From a virus (taxonomy: Duplodnaviria > Heunggongvirae > Uroviricota > Caudoviricetes), in the IMG/VR virus record IMGVR_UViG_644736362_000006: DNA of 42,891 nt; one strand, 5' to 3'. This document shows, piece by piece, positions 9,575 through 20,522 of the stretch. The notes under the pieces are model-generated. The model worked only from the letters and a program-made list of their open reading frames with translations, searched no databases and was not told where the DNA came from. Within the stretch, counting starts at the first letter, position 1; each line of letters begins with the position of its first letter. The position numbers were made by a program, and so were the translations under genes.

Positions 9575-9614
9575 TGAATGCTGCCCTTCTTCAGGGCTTA
9601 ATTTTTAAGAGCGT
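9575..9614 (-). promoter_or_regulatory. nutL (boxA and boxB) N-utilisation site
   Basis: Minus strand contains boxB hairpin gccctgaagaagggc (9578-9594) and boxA cgctcttaa (9606-9614). Confidence 0.85.
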
Positions 9615-9645
9615 CACCTTCATGGTGGTCAGTGCGTCCTGCTGA

Positions 9646-9715
9646 TGTGCTCAGTATCACCGCCAGTGGTATTTATGTCAACACCGCCAGAGATAATTTA
9701 TCACCGCAGATGGTT
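9646..9715 (-). promoter_or_regulatory. pL promoter with operators oL1 (9655-9671), oL2 (9679-9695), oL3 (9699-9715)
   Basis: 17-bp operator sequences tatcaccgccagtggta, caacaccgccagagata, tatcaccgcagatggtt; -35 TTGACA and -10 GATACT on minus strand. Confidence 0.9.
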
Positions 9716-9888
9716 ATCTGTATGTTTTTTATATGAATTTATTTTTTGCAGGGGGGCATTGTTTGGTAGGTGAGAGATCTGAATTGCTATGTTTAGTGAG
9801 TTGTATCTATTTATTTTTCAATAAATACAATTGGTTATGTGTTTTGGGGGCGATCGTGAGGCAAAGAAAACCCGGCGCTGAGGCCGGG

Positions 9889-10323
9889 TTATTCTTGTTC
9901 TCTGGTCAAATTATATAGTTGGAAAACAAGGATGCATATATGAATGAACGATGCAGAGGCAATGCCGATGGCGATAGTGGGTATCATGTAGCCGCTTATG
10001 CTGGAAAGAAGCAATAACCCGCAGAAAAACAAAGCTCCAAGCTCAACAAAACTAAGGGCATAGACAATAACTACCGATGTCATATACCCATACTCTCTAA
10101 TCTTGGCCAGTCGGCGCGTTCTGCTTCCGATTAGAAACGTCAAGGCAGCAATCAGGATTGCAATCATGGTTCCTGCATATGATGACAATGTCGCCCCAAG
10201 ACCATCTCTATGAGCTGAAAAAGAAACACCAGGAATGTAGTGGCGGAAAAGGAGATAGCAAATGCTTACGATAACGTAAGGAATTATTACTATGTAAACA
10301 CCAGGCATGATTCTGTTCCGCAT
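9889..10323 (-). CDS. rexB: Lambda RexB, 144 aa membrane protein
   Basis: ORF MRNRIMPGVYIVIIPYVIVSICYLLFRHYIPGVSFSAHRDGLGATLSSYAGTMIAILIAALTF... Confidence 0.95.
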   Translation of the reverse strand: MRNRIMPGVYIVIIPYVIVSICYLLFRHYIPGVSFSAHRDGLGATLSSYAGTMIAILIAALTFLIGSRTRRLAKIREYGYMTSVVIVYALSFVELGALFFCGLLLLSSISGYMIPTIAIGIASASFIHICILVFQLYNLTREQE

Positions 10324-10338
10324 AATTACTCCTGATAA

Positions 10339-11178
10339 TTAATCCTTAACTTTGCCCACCTGCCTTTTAAAACATTCCAGTATATCACTTTTCATTCTTG
10401 CGTAGCAATATGCCATCTCTTCAGCTATCTCAGCATTGGTGACCTTGTTCAGAGGCGCTGAGAGATGGCCTTTTTCTGATAGATAATGTTCTGTTAAAAT
10501 ATCTCCGGCCTCATCTTTTGCCCGCAGGCTAATGTCTGAAAATTGAGGTGACGGGTTAAAAATAATATCCTTGGCAACCTTTTTTATATCCCTTTTAAAT
10601 TTTGGCTTAATGACTATATCCAATGAGTCAAAAAGCTCCCCTTCAATATCTGTTGCCCCTAAGACCTTTAATATATCGCCAAATACAGGTAGCTTGGCTT
10701 CTACCTTCACCGTTGTTCGGCCGATGAAATGCATATGCATAACATCGTCTTTGGTGGTTCCCCTCATCAGTGGCTCTATCTGAACGCGCTCTCCACTGCT
10801 TAATGACATTCCTTTCCCGATTAAAAAATCTGTCAGATCGGATGTGGTCGGCCCGAAAACAGTTCTGGCAAAACCAATGGTGTCGCCTTCAACAAACAAA
10901 AAAGATGGGAATCCCAATGATTCGTCATCTGCGAGGCTGTTCTTAATATCTTCAACTGAAGCTTTAGAGCGATTTATCTTCTGAACCAGACTCTTGTCAT
11001 TTGTTTTGGTAAAGAGAAAAGTTTTTCCATCGATTTTATGAATATACAAATAATTGGAGCCAACCTGCAGGTGATGATTATCAGCCAGCAGAGAATTAAG
11101 GAAAACAGACAGGTTTATTGAGCGCTTATCTTTCCCTTTATTTTTGCTGCGGTAAGTCGCATAAAAACCATTCTTCAT
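10339..11178 (-). CDS. rexA: Lambda RexA, 279 aa
   Basis: ORF MKNGFYATYRSKNKGKDKRSINLSVFLNSLLADNHHLQVGSNYLYIHKIDGKTFLFTKTNDKSLVQKINRSKASVEDIKN... Confidence 0.95.
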   Translation of the reverse strand: MKNGFYATYRSKNKGKDKRSINLSVFLNSLLADNHHLQVGSNYLYIHKIDGKTFLFTKTNDKSLVQKINRSKASVEDIKNSLADDESLGFPSFLFVEGDTIGFARTVFGPTTSDLTDFLIGKGMSLSSGERVQIEPLMRGTTKDDVMHMHFIGRTTVKVEAKLPVFGDILKVLGATDIEGELFDSLDIVIKPKFKRDIKKVAKDIIFNPSPQFSDISLRAKDEAGDILTEHYLSEKGHLSAPLNKVTNAEIAEEMAYCYARMKSDILECFKRQVGKVKD

Positions 11179-11290
11179 AATTCAATCCATTTACTATGTT
11201 ATGTTCTGAGGGGAGTGAAAATTCCCCTAATTCGATGAAGATTCTTGCTCAATTGTTATCAGCTATGCGCCGACCAGAACACCTTGCCGA

Positions 11291-12007
<717 letters not shown>

Positions 12008-12014
12008 TTAAATC

Positions 12015-12090
12015 TATCACCGCAAGGGATAAATATCTAACACCGTGCGTGTTGACTATTTTACCTCTGGCGGTGATAATGGTTGCATGT
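12015..12090. promoter_or_regulatory. oR3-oR2-oR1 operators with divergent pRM and pR promoters
   Basis: tatcaccgcaagggata (12015-12031), taacaccgtgcgtgttg (12038-12054), tacctctggcggtgata (12062-12078); pR -35 ttgact and -10 gataat. Confidence 0.92.
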
Positions 12091-12095
12091 ACTAA

Positions 12096-12305
<210 letters not shown>

Positions 12306-12312
12306 ATAACCC

Positions 12313-12344
12313 CGCTCTTACACATTCCAGCCCTGAAAAAGGGC
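12313..12344 (+). promoter_or_regulatory. nutR (boxA cgctctta, boxB gccctgaaaaagggc)
   Basis: boxA at 12313-12320 and boxB hairpin at 12330-12344 immediately downstream of cro. Confidence 0.88.
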
Positions 12345-12404
12345 ATCAAATTAAACCACACCTATGGTGTATGCATTTATTTGCATACATTCAATCAATT
12401 GTTA

Positions 12405-12445
12405 TCTAAGGAAATACTTACATATGGTTCGTGCAAACAAACGCA
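12405..12445 (-). promoter_or_regulatory. pRE promoter with CII binding site (TTGC-N6-TTGC) overlapping the cII start
   Basis: Minus strand ttgcgtttgtttgc at 12432-12445, inside the first cII codons. Confidence 0.7.
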
Positions 12446-12717
12446 ACGAGGCTCTACGAATCGAGAGTGCGTTGCTTAACAAAATCGCAATGCTTGGAAC
12501 TGAGAAGACAGCGGAAGCTGTGGGCGTTGATAAGTCGCAGATCAGCAGGTGGAAGAGGGACTGGATTCCAAAGTTCTCAATGCTGCTTGCTGTTCTTGAA
12601 TGGGGGGTCGTTGACGACGACATGGCTCGATTGGCGCGACAAGTTGCTGCGATTCTCACCAATAAAAAACGCCCGGCGGCAACCGAGCGTTCTGAACAAA
12701 TCCAGATGGAGTTCTGA
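12424..12717 (+). CDS. cII: Lambda CII transcriptional activator, 97 aa
   Basis: Internal Met of track ORF gives MVRANKRNEALRIESALLNKIAMLGTEKTAEAVGVDKSQISRWKRDWIPKFSMLLAVLEWGVVDDDMARLARQVAAILTNKKRPAATERSEQIQMEF. Confidence 0.95.
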   Translation: MVRANKRNEALRIESALLNKIAMLGTEKTAEAVGVDKSQISRWKRDWIPKFSMLLAVLEWGVVDDDMARLARQVAAILTNKKRPAATERSEQIQMEF

Positions 12718-12739
12718 GGTCATTACTGGATCTATCAAC
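12663..12739 (-). ncRNA. oop: oop antisense RNA (about 77 nt) ending at the to terminator
   Basis: Minus-strand GC hairpin followed by T run (reverse complement of aataaaaaacgcccggcggcaacc at 12661-12684), located between cII 3' end and O start; ends placed from remembered lambda coordinates. Confidence 0.6.
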
Positions 12740-12749
12740 AGGAGTCATT

Positions 12750-13649
12750 ATGACAAATACAGCAAAAATACTCAACTTCGGCAGAGGTAACTTTGCCGGA
12801 CAGGAGCGTAATGTGGCAGATCTCGATGATGGTTACGCCAGACTATCAAATATGCTGCTTGAGGCTTATTCGGGCGCAGATCTGACCAAGCGACAGTTTA
12901 AAGTGCTGCTTGCCATTCTGCGTAAAACCTATGGGTGGAATAAACCAATGGACAGAATCACCGATTCTCAACTTAGCGAGATTACAAAGTTACCTGTCAA
13001 ACGGTGCAATGAAGCCAAGTTAGAACTCGTCAGAATGAATATTATCAAGCAGCAAGGCGGCATGTTTGGACCAAATAAAAACATCTCAGAATGGTGCATC
13101 CCTCAAAACGAGGGAAAATCCCCTAAAACGAGGGATAAAACATCCCTCAAATTGGGGGATTGCTATCCCTCAAAACAGGGGGACACAAAAGACACTATTA
13201 CAAAAGAAAAAAGAAAAGATTATTCGTCAGAGAATTCTGGCGAATCCTCTGACCAGCCAGAAAACGACCTTTCTGTGGTGAAACCGGATGCTGCAATTCA
13301 GAGCGGCAGCAAGTGGGGGACAGCAGAAGACCTGACCGCCGCAGAGTGGATGTTTGACATGGTGAAGACTATCGCACCATCAGCCAGAAAACCGAATTTT
13401 GCTGGGTGGGCTAACGATATCCGCCTGATGCGTGAACGTGACGGACGTAACCACCGCGACATGTGTGTGCTGTTCCGCTGGGCATGCCAGGACAACTTCT
13501 GGTCCGGTAACGTGCTGAGCCCGGCCAAACTCCGCGATAAGTGGACCCAACTCGAAATCAACCGTAACAAGCAACAGGCAGGCGTGACAGCCAGCAAACC
13601 AAAACTCGACCTGACAAACACAGACTGGATTTACGGGGTGGATCTATGA
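12750..13649 (+). CDS. O: Lambda O replication initiator, 299 aa
   Basis: ORF MTNTAKILNFGRGNFAGQERNVADLDDGYARLSNMLLEAYSGADLTKRQFKVLLAILRKTYGWNKPMDRITDSQLSEITKLPVKRCNEAK... Confidence 0.97.
   Translation: MTNTAKILNFGRGNFAGQERNVADLDDGYARLSNMLLEAYSGADLTKRQFKVLLAILRKTYGWNKPMDRITDSQLSEITKLPVKRCNEAKLELVRMNIIKQQGGMFGPNKNISEWCIPQNEGKSPKTRDKTSLKLGDCYPSKQGDTKDTITKEKRKDYSSENSGESSDQPENDLSVVKPDAAIQSGSKWGTAEDLTAAEWMFDMVKTIAPSARKPNFAGWANDIRLMRERDGRNHRDMCVLFRWACQDNFWSGNVLSPAKLRDKWTQLEINRNKQQAGVTASKPKLDLTNTDWIYGVDL
13098..13230. other. ori lambda: four ~19-bp O-binding iterons followed by an AT-rich unwinding region
   Basis: Repeats catccctcaaaacgaggga / aatcccctaaaacgagggat / catccctcaaattgggggat / tatccctcaaaacaggggga, then A-rich tract aaaagaaaaaagaaaag. 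Confidence 0.9.
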
Positions 13650-14347
13650 AAAACATCGCCGCACAGATGGTTAACTTTGACCGTGAGCAGATGCGTCGGA
13701 TCGCCAACAACATGCCGGAACAGTACGACGAAAAGCCGCAGGTACAGCAGGTAGCGCAGATCATCAACGGTGTGTTCAGCCAGTTACTGGCAACTTTCCC
13801 GGCGAGCCTGGCTAACCGTGACCAGAACGAAGTGAACGAAATCCGTCGCCAGTGGGTTCTGGCTTTTCGGGAAAACGGGATCACCACGATGGAACAGGTT
13901 AACGCAGGAATGCGCGTAGCCCGTCGGCAGAATCGACCATTTCTGCCATCACCCGGGCAGTTTGTTGCATGGTGCCGGGAAGAAGCATCCGTTACCGCCG
14001 GACTGCCAAACGTCAGCGAGCTGGTTGATATGGTTTACGAGTATTGCCGGAAGCGAGGCCTGTATCCGGATGCGGAGTCTTATCCGTGGAAATCAAACGC
14101 GCACTACTGGCTGGTTACCAACCTGTATCAGAACATGCGGGCCAATGCGCTTACTGATGCGGAATTACGCCGTAAGGCCGCAGATGAGCTTGTCCATATG
14201 ACTGCGAGAATTAACCGTGGTGAGGCGATCCCTGAACCAGTAAAACAACTTCCTGTCATGGGCGGTAGACCTCTAAATCGTGCACAGGCTCTGGCGAAGA
14301 TCGCAGAAATCAAAGCTAAGTTCGGACTGAAAGGAGCAAGTGTATGA
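13646..14347 (+). CDS. P: Lambda P helicase loader, 233 aa
   Basis: ORF MKNIAAQMVNFDREQMRRIANNMPEQYDEKPQVQQVAQIINGVFSQLLATFPASLANRDQNEVNEIRRQWVLAFRENGITTMEQVN... Confidence 0.97.
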   Translation: MKNIAAQMVNFDREQMRRIANNMPEQYDEKPQVQQVAQIINGVFSQLLATFPASLANRDQNEVNEIRRQWVLAFRENGITTMEQVNAGMRVARRQNRPFLPSPGQFVAWCREEASVTAGLPNVSELVDMVYEYCRKRGLYPDAESYPWKSNAHYWLVTNLYQNMRANALTDAELRRKAADELVHMTARINRGEAIPEPVKQLPVMGGRPLNRAQALAKIAEIKAKFGLKGASV

Positions 14348-14634
14348 CGGGCAAAGAGGCAATTATTCATTACCTGGGGACGCATAATAGCTTCTGTGCG
14401 CCGGACGTTGCCGCGCTAACAGGCGCAACAGTAACCAGCATAAATCAGGCCGCGGCTAAAATGGCACGGGCAGGTCTTCTGGTTATCGAAGGTAAGGTCT
14501 GGCGAACGGTGTATTACCGGTTTGCTACCAGGGAAGAACGGGAAGGAAAGATGAGCACGAACCTGGTTTTTAAGGAGTGTCGCCAGAGTGCCGCGATGAA
14601 ACGGGTATTGGCGGTATATGGAGTTAAAAGATGA
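14344..14634 (+). CDS. ren: Lambda Ren, 96 aa
   Basis: ORF MTGKEAIIHYLGTHNSFCAPDVAALTGATVTSINQAAAKMARAGLLVIEGKVWRTVYYRFATREEREGK... Confidence 0.92.
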   Translation: MTGKEAIIHYLGTHNSFCAPDVAALTGATVTSINQAAAKMARAGLLVIEGKVWRTVYYRFATREEREGKMSTNLVFKECRQSAAMKRVLAVYGVKR

Positions 14635-14707
14635 CCATCTACATTACTGAGCTAATAACAGGCCTGCTGGTAATCGCAGGCCTTTTTATTTGGGGGAGAG
14701 GGAAGTC

Positions 14708-15148
14708 ATGAAAAAACTAACCTTTGAAATTCGATCTCCAGCACATCAGCAAAACGCTATTCACGCAGTACAGCAAATCCTTCCAGACCCAACCAAACCA
14801 ATCGTAGTAACCATTCAGGAACGCAACCGCAGCTTAGACCAAAACAGGAAGCTATGGGCCTGCTTAGGTGACGTCTCTCGTCAGGTTGAATGGCATGGTC
14901 GCTGGCTGGATGCAGAAAGCTGGAAGTGTGTGTTTACCGCAGCATTAAAGCAGCAGGATGTTGTTCCTAACCTTGCCGGGAATGGCTTTGTGGTAATAGG
15001 CCAGTCAACCAGCAGGATGCGTGTAGGCGAATTTGCGGAGCTATTAGAGCTTATACAGGCATTCGGTACAGAGCGTGGCGTTAAGTGGTCAGACGAAGCG
15101 AGACTGGCTCTGGAGTGGAAAGCGAGATGGGGAGACAGGGCTGCATGA
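14708..15148 (+). CDS. ninB: Lambda NinB (Orf recombination mediator), 146 aa
   Basis: Internal Met gives MKKLTFEIRSPAHQQNAIHAVQQILPDPTKPIVVTIQERNRSLDQNRKLWACLGDV... Confidence 0.92.
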   Translation: MKKLTFEIRSPAHQQNAIHAVQQILPDPTKPIVVTIQERNRSLDQNRKLWACLGDVSRQVEWHGRWLDAESWKCVFTAALKQQDVVPNLAGNGFVVIGQSTSRMRVGEFAELLELIQAFGTERGVKWSDEARLALEWKARWGDRAA

Positions 15149-16017
15149 TAAATGTCGTTAGTTTCTCCGGTGGCAGGACGTCAGCATATTTGCTCTGGCT
15201 AATGGAGCAAAAGCGACGGGCAGGTAAAGACGTGCATTACGTTTTCATGGATACAGGTTGTGAACATCCAATGACATATCGGTTTGTCAGGGAAGTTGTG
15301 AAGTTCTGGGATATACCGCTCACCGTATTGCAGGTTGATATCAACCCGGAGCTTGGACAGCCAAATGGTTATACGGTATGGGAACCAAAGGATATTCAGA
15401 CGCGAATGCCTGTTCTGAAGCCATTTATCGATATGGTAAAGAAATATGGCACTCCATACGTCGGCGGCGCGTTCTGCACTGACAGATTAAAACTCGTTCC
15501 CTTCACCAAATACTGTGATGACCATTTCGGGCGAGGGAATTACACCACGTGGATTGGCATCAGAGCTGATGAACCGAAGCGGCTAAAGCCAAAGCCTGGA
15601 ATCAGATATCTTGCTGAACTGTCAGACTTTGAGAAGGAAGATATCCTCGCATGGTGGAAGCAACAACCATTCGATTTGCAAATACCGGAACATCTCGGTA
15701 ACTGCATATTCTGCATTAAAAAATCAACGCAAAAAATCGGACTTGCCTGCAAAGATGAGGAGGGATTGCAGCGTGTTTTTAATGAGGTCATCACGGGATC
15801 CCATGTGCGTGACGGACATCGGGAAACGCCAAAGGAGATTATGTACCGAGGAAGAATGTCGCTGGACGGTATCGCGAAAATGTATTCAGAAAATGATTAT
15901 CAAGCCCTGTATCAGGACATGGTACGAGCTAAAAGATTCGATACCGGCTCTTGTTCTGAGTCATGCGAAATATTTGGAGGGCAGCTTGATTTCGACTTCG
16001 GGAGGGAAGCTGCATGA
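15145..16017 (+). CDS. ninC: Lambda NinC, 290 aa
   Basis: Internal Met gives [65 protein letters not shown]... Confidence 0.92.
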   Translation: MINVVSFSGGRTSAYLLWLMEQKRRAGKDVHYVFMDTGCEHPMTYRFVREVVKFWDIPLTVLQVDINPELGQPNGYTVWEPKDIQTRMPVLKPFIDMVKKYGTPYVGGAFCTDRLKLVPFTKYCDDHFGRGNYTTWIGIRADEPKRLKPKPGIRYLAELSDFEKEDILAWWKQQPFDLQIPEHLGNCIFCIKKSTQKIGLACKDEEGLQRVFNEVITGSHVRDGHRETPKEIMYRGRMSLDGIAKMYSENDYQALYQDMVRAKRFDTGSCSESCEIFGGQLDFDFGREAA

Positions 16018-16187
16018 TGCGATGTTATCGGTGCGGTGAATGCAAAGAAGATAACCGCTTCCGACCAAATCAACCTTACTGGAATCGATGGTGTCTCCGG
16101 TGTGAAAGAACACCAACAGGGGTGTTACCACTACCGCAGGAAAAGGAGGACGTGTGGCGAGACAGCGACGAAGTATCACCGACATAA
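16014..16187 (+). CDS. ninD: Lambda NinD, 57 aa cysteine-rich protein (below ORF-track cutoff)
   Basis: Manual translation from ATG at 16014: [57 protein letters not shown], stop at 16185-16187. Confidence 0.8.
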   Translation: MMRCYRCGECKEDNRFRPNQPYWNRWCLRCERTPTGVLPLPQEKEDVWRDSDEVSPT

Positions 16188-16336
16188 TCTGCGAAAACTG
16201 CAAATACCTTCCAACGAAACGCACCAGAAATAAACCCAAGCCAATCCCAAAAGAATCTGACGTAAAAACCTTCAACTACACGGCTCACCTGTGGGATATC
16301 CGGTGGCTAAGACGTCGTGCGAGGAAAACAAGGTGA
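16154..16336 (+). CDS. ninE: Lambda NinE, 60 aa
   Basis: [63 protein letters not shown]. Confidence 0.85.
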   Translation: MARQRRSITDIICENCKYLPTKRTRNKPKPIPKESDVKTFNYTAHLWDIRWLRRRARKTR

Positions 16337-16503
16337 TTGACCAAAATCGAAGTTACGAACAAGAAAGCGTCGAGCGAGCTTTAACGTGCGCTAACTGCGG
16401 TCAGAAGCTGCATGTGCTGGAAGTTCACGTGTGTGAGCACTGCTGCGCAGAACTGATGAGCGATCCGAATAGCTCGATGCACGAGGAAGAAGATGATGGC
16501 TAA
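16333..16503 (+). CDS. ninF: Lambda NinF; start uncertain (GTG at 16333 overlapping the ninE stop, or upstream ATG at 16291)
   Basis: Cysteine-rich ORF ...[55 protein letters not shown]. Confidence 0.7.
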   Translation: MIDQNRSYEQESVERALTCANCGQKLHVLEVHVCEHCCAELMSDPNSSMHEEEDDG

Positions 16504-17107
16504 ACCAGCGCGAAGACGATGTAAAAACGATGAATGCCGGGAATGGTTTCACCCTGCATTCGCTAATCAGTGGTGGTGCTCTCCAGAGTGTGGAACCAAG
16601 ATAGCACTCGAACGACGAAGTAAAGAACGCGAAAAAGCGGAAAAAGCAGCAGAGAAGAAACGACGACGAGAGGAGCAGAAACAGAAAGATAAACTTAAGA
16701 TTCGAAAACTCGCCTTAAAGCCCCGCAGTTACTGGATTAAACAAGCCCAACAAGCCGTAAACGCCTTCATCAGAGAAAGAGACCGCGACTTACCATGTAT
16801 CTCGTGCGGAACGCTCACGTCTGCTCAGTGGGATGCCGGACATTACCGGACAACTGCTGCGGCACCTCAACTCCGATTTAATGAACGCAATATTCACAAG
16901 CAATGCGTGGTGTGCAACCAGCACAAAAGCGGAAATCTCGTTCCGTATCGCGTCGAACTGATTAGCCGCATCGGGCAGGAAGCAGTAGACGAAATCGAAT
17001 CAAACCATAACCGCCATCGCTGGACTATCGAAGAGTGCAAGGCGATCAAGGCAGAGTACCAACAGAAACTCAAAGACCTGCGAAATAGCAGAAGTGAGGC
17101 CGCATGA
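16493..17107 (+). CDS. ninG: Lambda NinG (Rap), 204 aa
   Basis: [70 protein letters not shown]... Confidence 0.92.
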   Translation: MMAKPARRRCKNDECREWFHPAFANQWWCSPECGTKIALERRSKEREKAEKAAEKKRRREEQKQKDKLKIRKLALKPRSYWIKQAQQAVNAFIRERDRDLPCISCGTLTSAQWDAGHYRTTAAAPQLRFNERNIHKQCVVCNQHKSGNLVPYRVELISRIGQEAVDEIESNHNRHRWTIEECKAIKAEYQQKLKDLRNSRSEAA

Positions 17108-17310
17108 CGTTCTCAGTAAAAACCATTCCAGACATGCTCGTTGAAGCATACGGAAATCAGACAGAAGTAGCACGCAGACTGAAATGTAGTCGCGGTACGG
17201 TCAGAAAATACGTTGATGATAAAGACGGGAAAATGCACGCCATCGTCAACGACGTTCTCATGGTTCATCGCGGATGGAGTGAAAGAGATGCGCTATTACG
17301 AAAAAATTGA
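17104..17310 (+). CDS. ninH: Lambda NinH, 68 aa
   Basis: [71 protein letters not shown]. Confidence 0.9.
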
Positions 17311-17953
17311 TGGCAGCAAATACCGAAATATTTGGGTAGTTGGCGATCTGCACGGATGCTACACGAACCTGATGAACAAACTGGATACGATTGGATTCGA
17401 CAACAAAAAAGACCTGCTTATCTCGGTGGGCGATTTGGTTGATCGTGGTGCAGAGAACGTTGAATGCCTGGAATTAATCACATTCCCCTGGTTCAGAGCT
17501 GTACGTGGAAACCATGAGCAAATGATGATTGATGGCTTATCAGAGCGTGGAAACGTTAATCACTGGCTGCTTAATGGCGGTGGCTGGTTCTTTAATCTCG
17601 ATTACGACAAAGAAATTCTGGCTAAAGCTCTTGCCCATAAAGCAGATGAACTTCCGTTAATCATCGAACTGGTGAGCAAAGATAAAAAATATGTTATCTG
17701 CCACGCCGATTATCCCTTTGACGAATACGAGTTTGGAAAGCCAGTTGATCATCAGCAGGTAATCTGGAACCGCGAACGAATCAGCAACTCACAAAACGGG
17801 ATCGTGAAAGAAATCAAAGGCGCGGACACGTTCATCTTTGGTCATACGCCAGCAGTGAAACCACTCAAGTTTGCCAACCAAATGTATATCGATACCGGCG
17901 CAGTGTTCTGCGGAAACCTAACATTGATTCAGGTACAGGGAGAAGGCGCATGA
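17288..17953 (+). CDS. ninI: Lambda NinI Ser/Thr protein phosphatase, 221 aa
   Basis: Internal Met gives [63 protein letters not shown]... with GDLHG and GNHE phosphoesterase motifs. Confidence 0.92.
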
Positions 17954-18573
17954 GACTCGAAAGCGTAGCTAAATTTCATTCGCCAAAAAGCCCGATGATG
18001 AGCGACTCACCACGGGCCACGGCTTCTGACTCTCTTTCCGGTACTGATGTGATGGCTGCTATGGGGATGGCGCAATCACAAGCCGGATTCGGTATGGCTG
18101 CATTCTGCGGTAAGCACGAACTCAGCCAGAACGACAAACAAAAGGCTATCAACTATCTGATGCAATTTGCACACAAGGTATCGGGGAAATACCGTGGTGT
18201 GGCAAAGCTTGAAGGAAATACTAAGGCAAAGGTACTGCAAGTGCTCGCAACATTCGCTTATGCGGATTATTGCCGTAGTGCCGCGACGCCGGGGGCAAGA
18301 TGCAGAGATTGCCATGGTACAGGCCGTGCGGTTGATATTGCCAAAACAGAGCTGTGGGGGAGAGTTGTCGAGAAAGAGTGCGGAAGATGCAAAGGCGTCG
18401 GCTATTCAAGGATGCCAGCAAGCGCAGCATATCGCGCTGTGACGATGCTAATCCCAAACCTTACCCAACCCACCTGGTCACGCACTGTTAAGCCGCTGTA
18501 TGACGCTCTGGTGGTGCAATGCCACAAAGAAGAGTCAATCGCAGACAACATTTTGAATGCGGTCACACGTTAG
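17950..18573 (+). CDS. Q: Lambda Q late antiterminator, 207 aa
   Basis: [89 protein letters not shown]... Confidence 0.97.
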
Positions 18574-18615
18574 CAGCATGATTGCCACGGATGGCAACAT
18601 ATTAACGGCATGATA

Positions 18616-18644
18616 TTGACTTATTGAATAAAATTGGGTAAATT
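18616..18644 (+). promoter_or_regulatory. pR' late promoter (-35 ttgact, 17-bp spacer, -10 taaatt) with overlapping qut site
   Basis: ttgact at 18616-18621 and taaatt at 18639-18644, directly downstream of Q. Confidence 0.8.
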
Positions 18645-18651
18645 TGACTCA

Positions 18652-18845
18652 ACGATGGGTTAATTCGCTCGTTGTGGTAGTGAGATGAAAAGAGGCGGCG
18701 CTTACTACCGATTCCGCCTAGTTGGTCACTTCGACGTATCGTCTGGAACTCCAACCATCGCAGGCAGAGAGGTCTGCAAAATGCAATCCCGAAACAGTTC
18801 GCAGGTAATAGTTAGAGCCTGCATAACGGTTTCGGGATTTTTTAT
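18652..18845 (+). ncRNA. Lambda 6S RNA (short pR' transcript terminated at tR')
   Basis: Interval from the predicted pR' start to the tR' hairpin, about 194 nt; start placed from remembered lambda coordinates. Confidence 0.65.
18788..18845 (+). terminator. tR' intrinsic terminator
   Basis: Stem cccgaaac...gtttcggg followed by attttttat. Confidence 0.85.
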
Positions 18846-19249
18846 ATCTGCACAACAGGTAAGAGCATTGAGTCGATAATCGTGAAGAGTCGGCGAGCCT
18901 GGTTAGCCAGTGCTCTTTCCGTTGTGCTGAATTAAGCGAATACCGGAAGCAGAACCGGATCACCAAATGCGTACAGGCGTCATCGCCGCCCAGCAACAGC
19001 ACAACCCAAACTGAGCCGTAGCCACTGTCTGTCCTGAATTCATTAGTAATAGTTACGCTGCGGCCTTTTACACATGACCTTCGTGAAAGCGGGTGGCAGG
19101 AGGTCGCGCTAACAACCTCCTGCCGTTTTGCCCGTGCATATCGGTCACGAACAAATCTGATTACTAAACACAGTAGCCTGGATTTGTTCTATCAGTAATC
19201 GACCTTATTCCTAATTAAATAGAGCAAATCCCCTTATTGGGGGTAAGAC

Positions 19250-19573
19250 ATGAAGATGCCAGAAAAACATGACCTGTTGGCCGCCATTCTCGCGGCAAAG
19301 GAACAAGGCATCGGGGCAATCCTTGCGTTTGCAATGGCGTACCTTCGCGGCAGATATAATGGCGGTGCGTTTACAAAAACAGTAATCGACGCAACGATGT
19401 GCGCCATTATCGCCTGGTTCATTCGTGACCTTCTCGACTTCGCCGGACTAAGTAGCAATCTCGCTTATATAACGAGCGTGTTTATCGGCTACATCGGTAC
19501 TGACTCGATTGGTTCGCTTATCAAACGCTTCGCTGCTAAAAAAGCCGGAGTAGAAGATGGTAGAAATCAATAA
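19250..19573 (+). CDS. S: Lambda S holin/antiholin (S107, with S105 start at Met3); Trp56 intact, so not the Sam7 amber
   Basis: [110 protein letters not shown]. Confidence 0.97.
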   Translation: MKMPEKHDLLAAILAAKEQGIGAILAFAMAYLRGRYNGGAFTKTVIDATMCAIIAWFIRDLLDFAGLSSNLAYITSVFIGYIGTDSIGSLIKRFAAKKAGVEDGRNQ

Positions 19574-20033
19574 TCAACGTAAGGCGTTCCTCGATATGCT
19601 GGCGTGGTCGGAGGGAACTGATAACGGACGTCAGAAAACCAGAAATCATGGTTATGACGTCATTGTAGGCGGAGAGCTATTCACTGATTACTCCGATCAC
19701 CCTCGCAAACTTGTCACGCTAAACCCAAAACTCAAATCAACAGGCGCCGGACGCTACCAGCTTCTTTCCCGTTGGTGGGATGCCTACCGCAAGCAGCTTG
19801 GCCTGAAAGACTTCTCTCCGAAAAGTCAGGACGCTGTGGCATTGCAGCAGATTAAGGAGCGTGGCGCTTTACCTATGATTGATCGTGGTGATATCCGTCA
19901 GGCAATCGACCGTTGCAGCAATATCTGGGCTTCACTGCCGGGCGCTGGTTATGGTCAGTTCGAGCATAAGGCTGACAGCCTGATTGCAAAATTCAAAGAA
20001 GCGGGCGGAACGGTCAGAGAGATTGATGTATGA
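19557..20033 (+). CDS. R: Lambda R endolysin (lytic transglycosylase), 158 aa
   Basis: [71 protein letters not shown]... Confidence 0.97.
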   Translation: MVEINNQRKAFLDMLAWSEGTDNGRQKTRNHGYDVIVGGELFTDYSDHPRKLVTLNPKLKSTGAGRYQLLSRWWDAYRKQLGLKDFSPKSQDAVALQQIKERGALPMIDRGDIRQAIDRCSNIWASLPGAGYGQFEHKADSLIAKFKEAGGTVREIDV

Positions 20034-20491
20034 GCAGAGTCACCGCGATTATCTCCGCTCTGGTTATCTGCATCATCGTCTGCCTGTCATGGGCTGTTAA
20101 TCATTACCGTGATAACGCCATTACCTACAAAGCCCAGCGCGACAAAAATGCCAGAGAACTGAAGCTGGCGAACGCGGCAATTACTGACATGCAGATGCGT
20201 CAGCGTGATGTTGCTGCGCTCGATGCAAAATACACGAAGGAGTTAGCTGATGCTAAAGCTGAAAATGATGCTCTGCGTGATGATGTTGCCGCTGGTCGTC
20301 GTCGGTTGCACATCAAAGCAGTCTGTCAGTCAGTGCGTGAAGCCACCACCGCCTCCGGCGTGGATAATGCAGCCTCCCCCCGACTGGCAGACACCGCTGA
20401 ACGGGATTATTTCACCCTCAGAGAGAGGCTGATCACTATGCAAAAACAACTGGAAGGAACCCAGAAGTATATTAATGAGCAGTGCAGATAG
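20030..20491 (+). CDS. Rz: Lambda Rz i-spanin, 153 aa
   Basis: [83 protein letters not shown]... Confidence 0.95.
   Translation: MSRVTAIISALVICIIVCLSWAVNHYRDNAITYKAQRDKNARELKLANAAITDMQMRQRDVAALDAKYTKELADAKAENDALRDDVAAGRRRLHIKAVCQSVREATTASGVDNAASPRLADTAERDYFTLRERLITMQKQLEGTQKYINEQCR
20250..20432 (+). CDS. Rz1: Lambda Rz1 o-spanin lipoprotein, embedded in the +1 frame of Rz, 60 aa
   Basis: [63 protein letters not shown] with lipobox and Pro-rich tail, entirely inside Rz. Confidence 0.92.
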   Translation: MLKLKMMLCVMMLPLVVVGCTSKQSVSQCVKPPPPPAWIMQPPPDWQTPLNGIISPSERG

Positions 20492-20522
20492 AGTTGCCCA
20501 TATCGATGGGCAACTCATGCAA

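Noticed and set aside
8546-11178. sieB-N-rexB-rexA region as a candidate novel anti-phage defence island
   Set aside because: All ORFs match the canonical lambda immunity-region proteins in the canonical order; nothing is left unexplained.
13098-13184. Four direct repeats of ~19 bp that could be mistaken for a small CRISPR-like array
   Set aside because: They are the ori lambda iterons inside gene O, followed by the AT-rich unwinding region; no cas genes and no spacer-like unique sequence.
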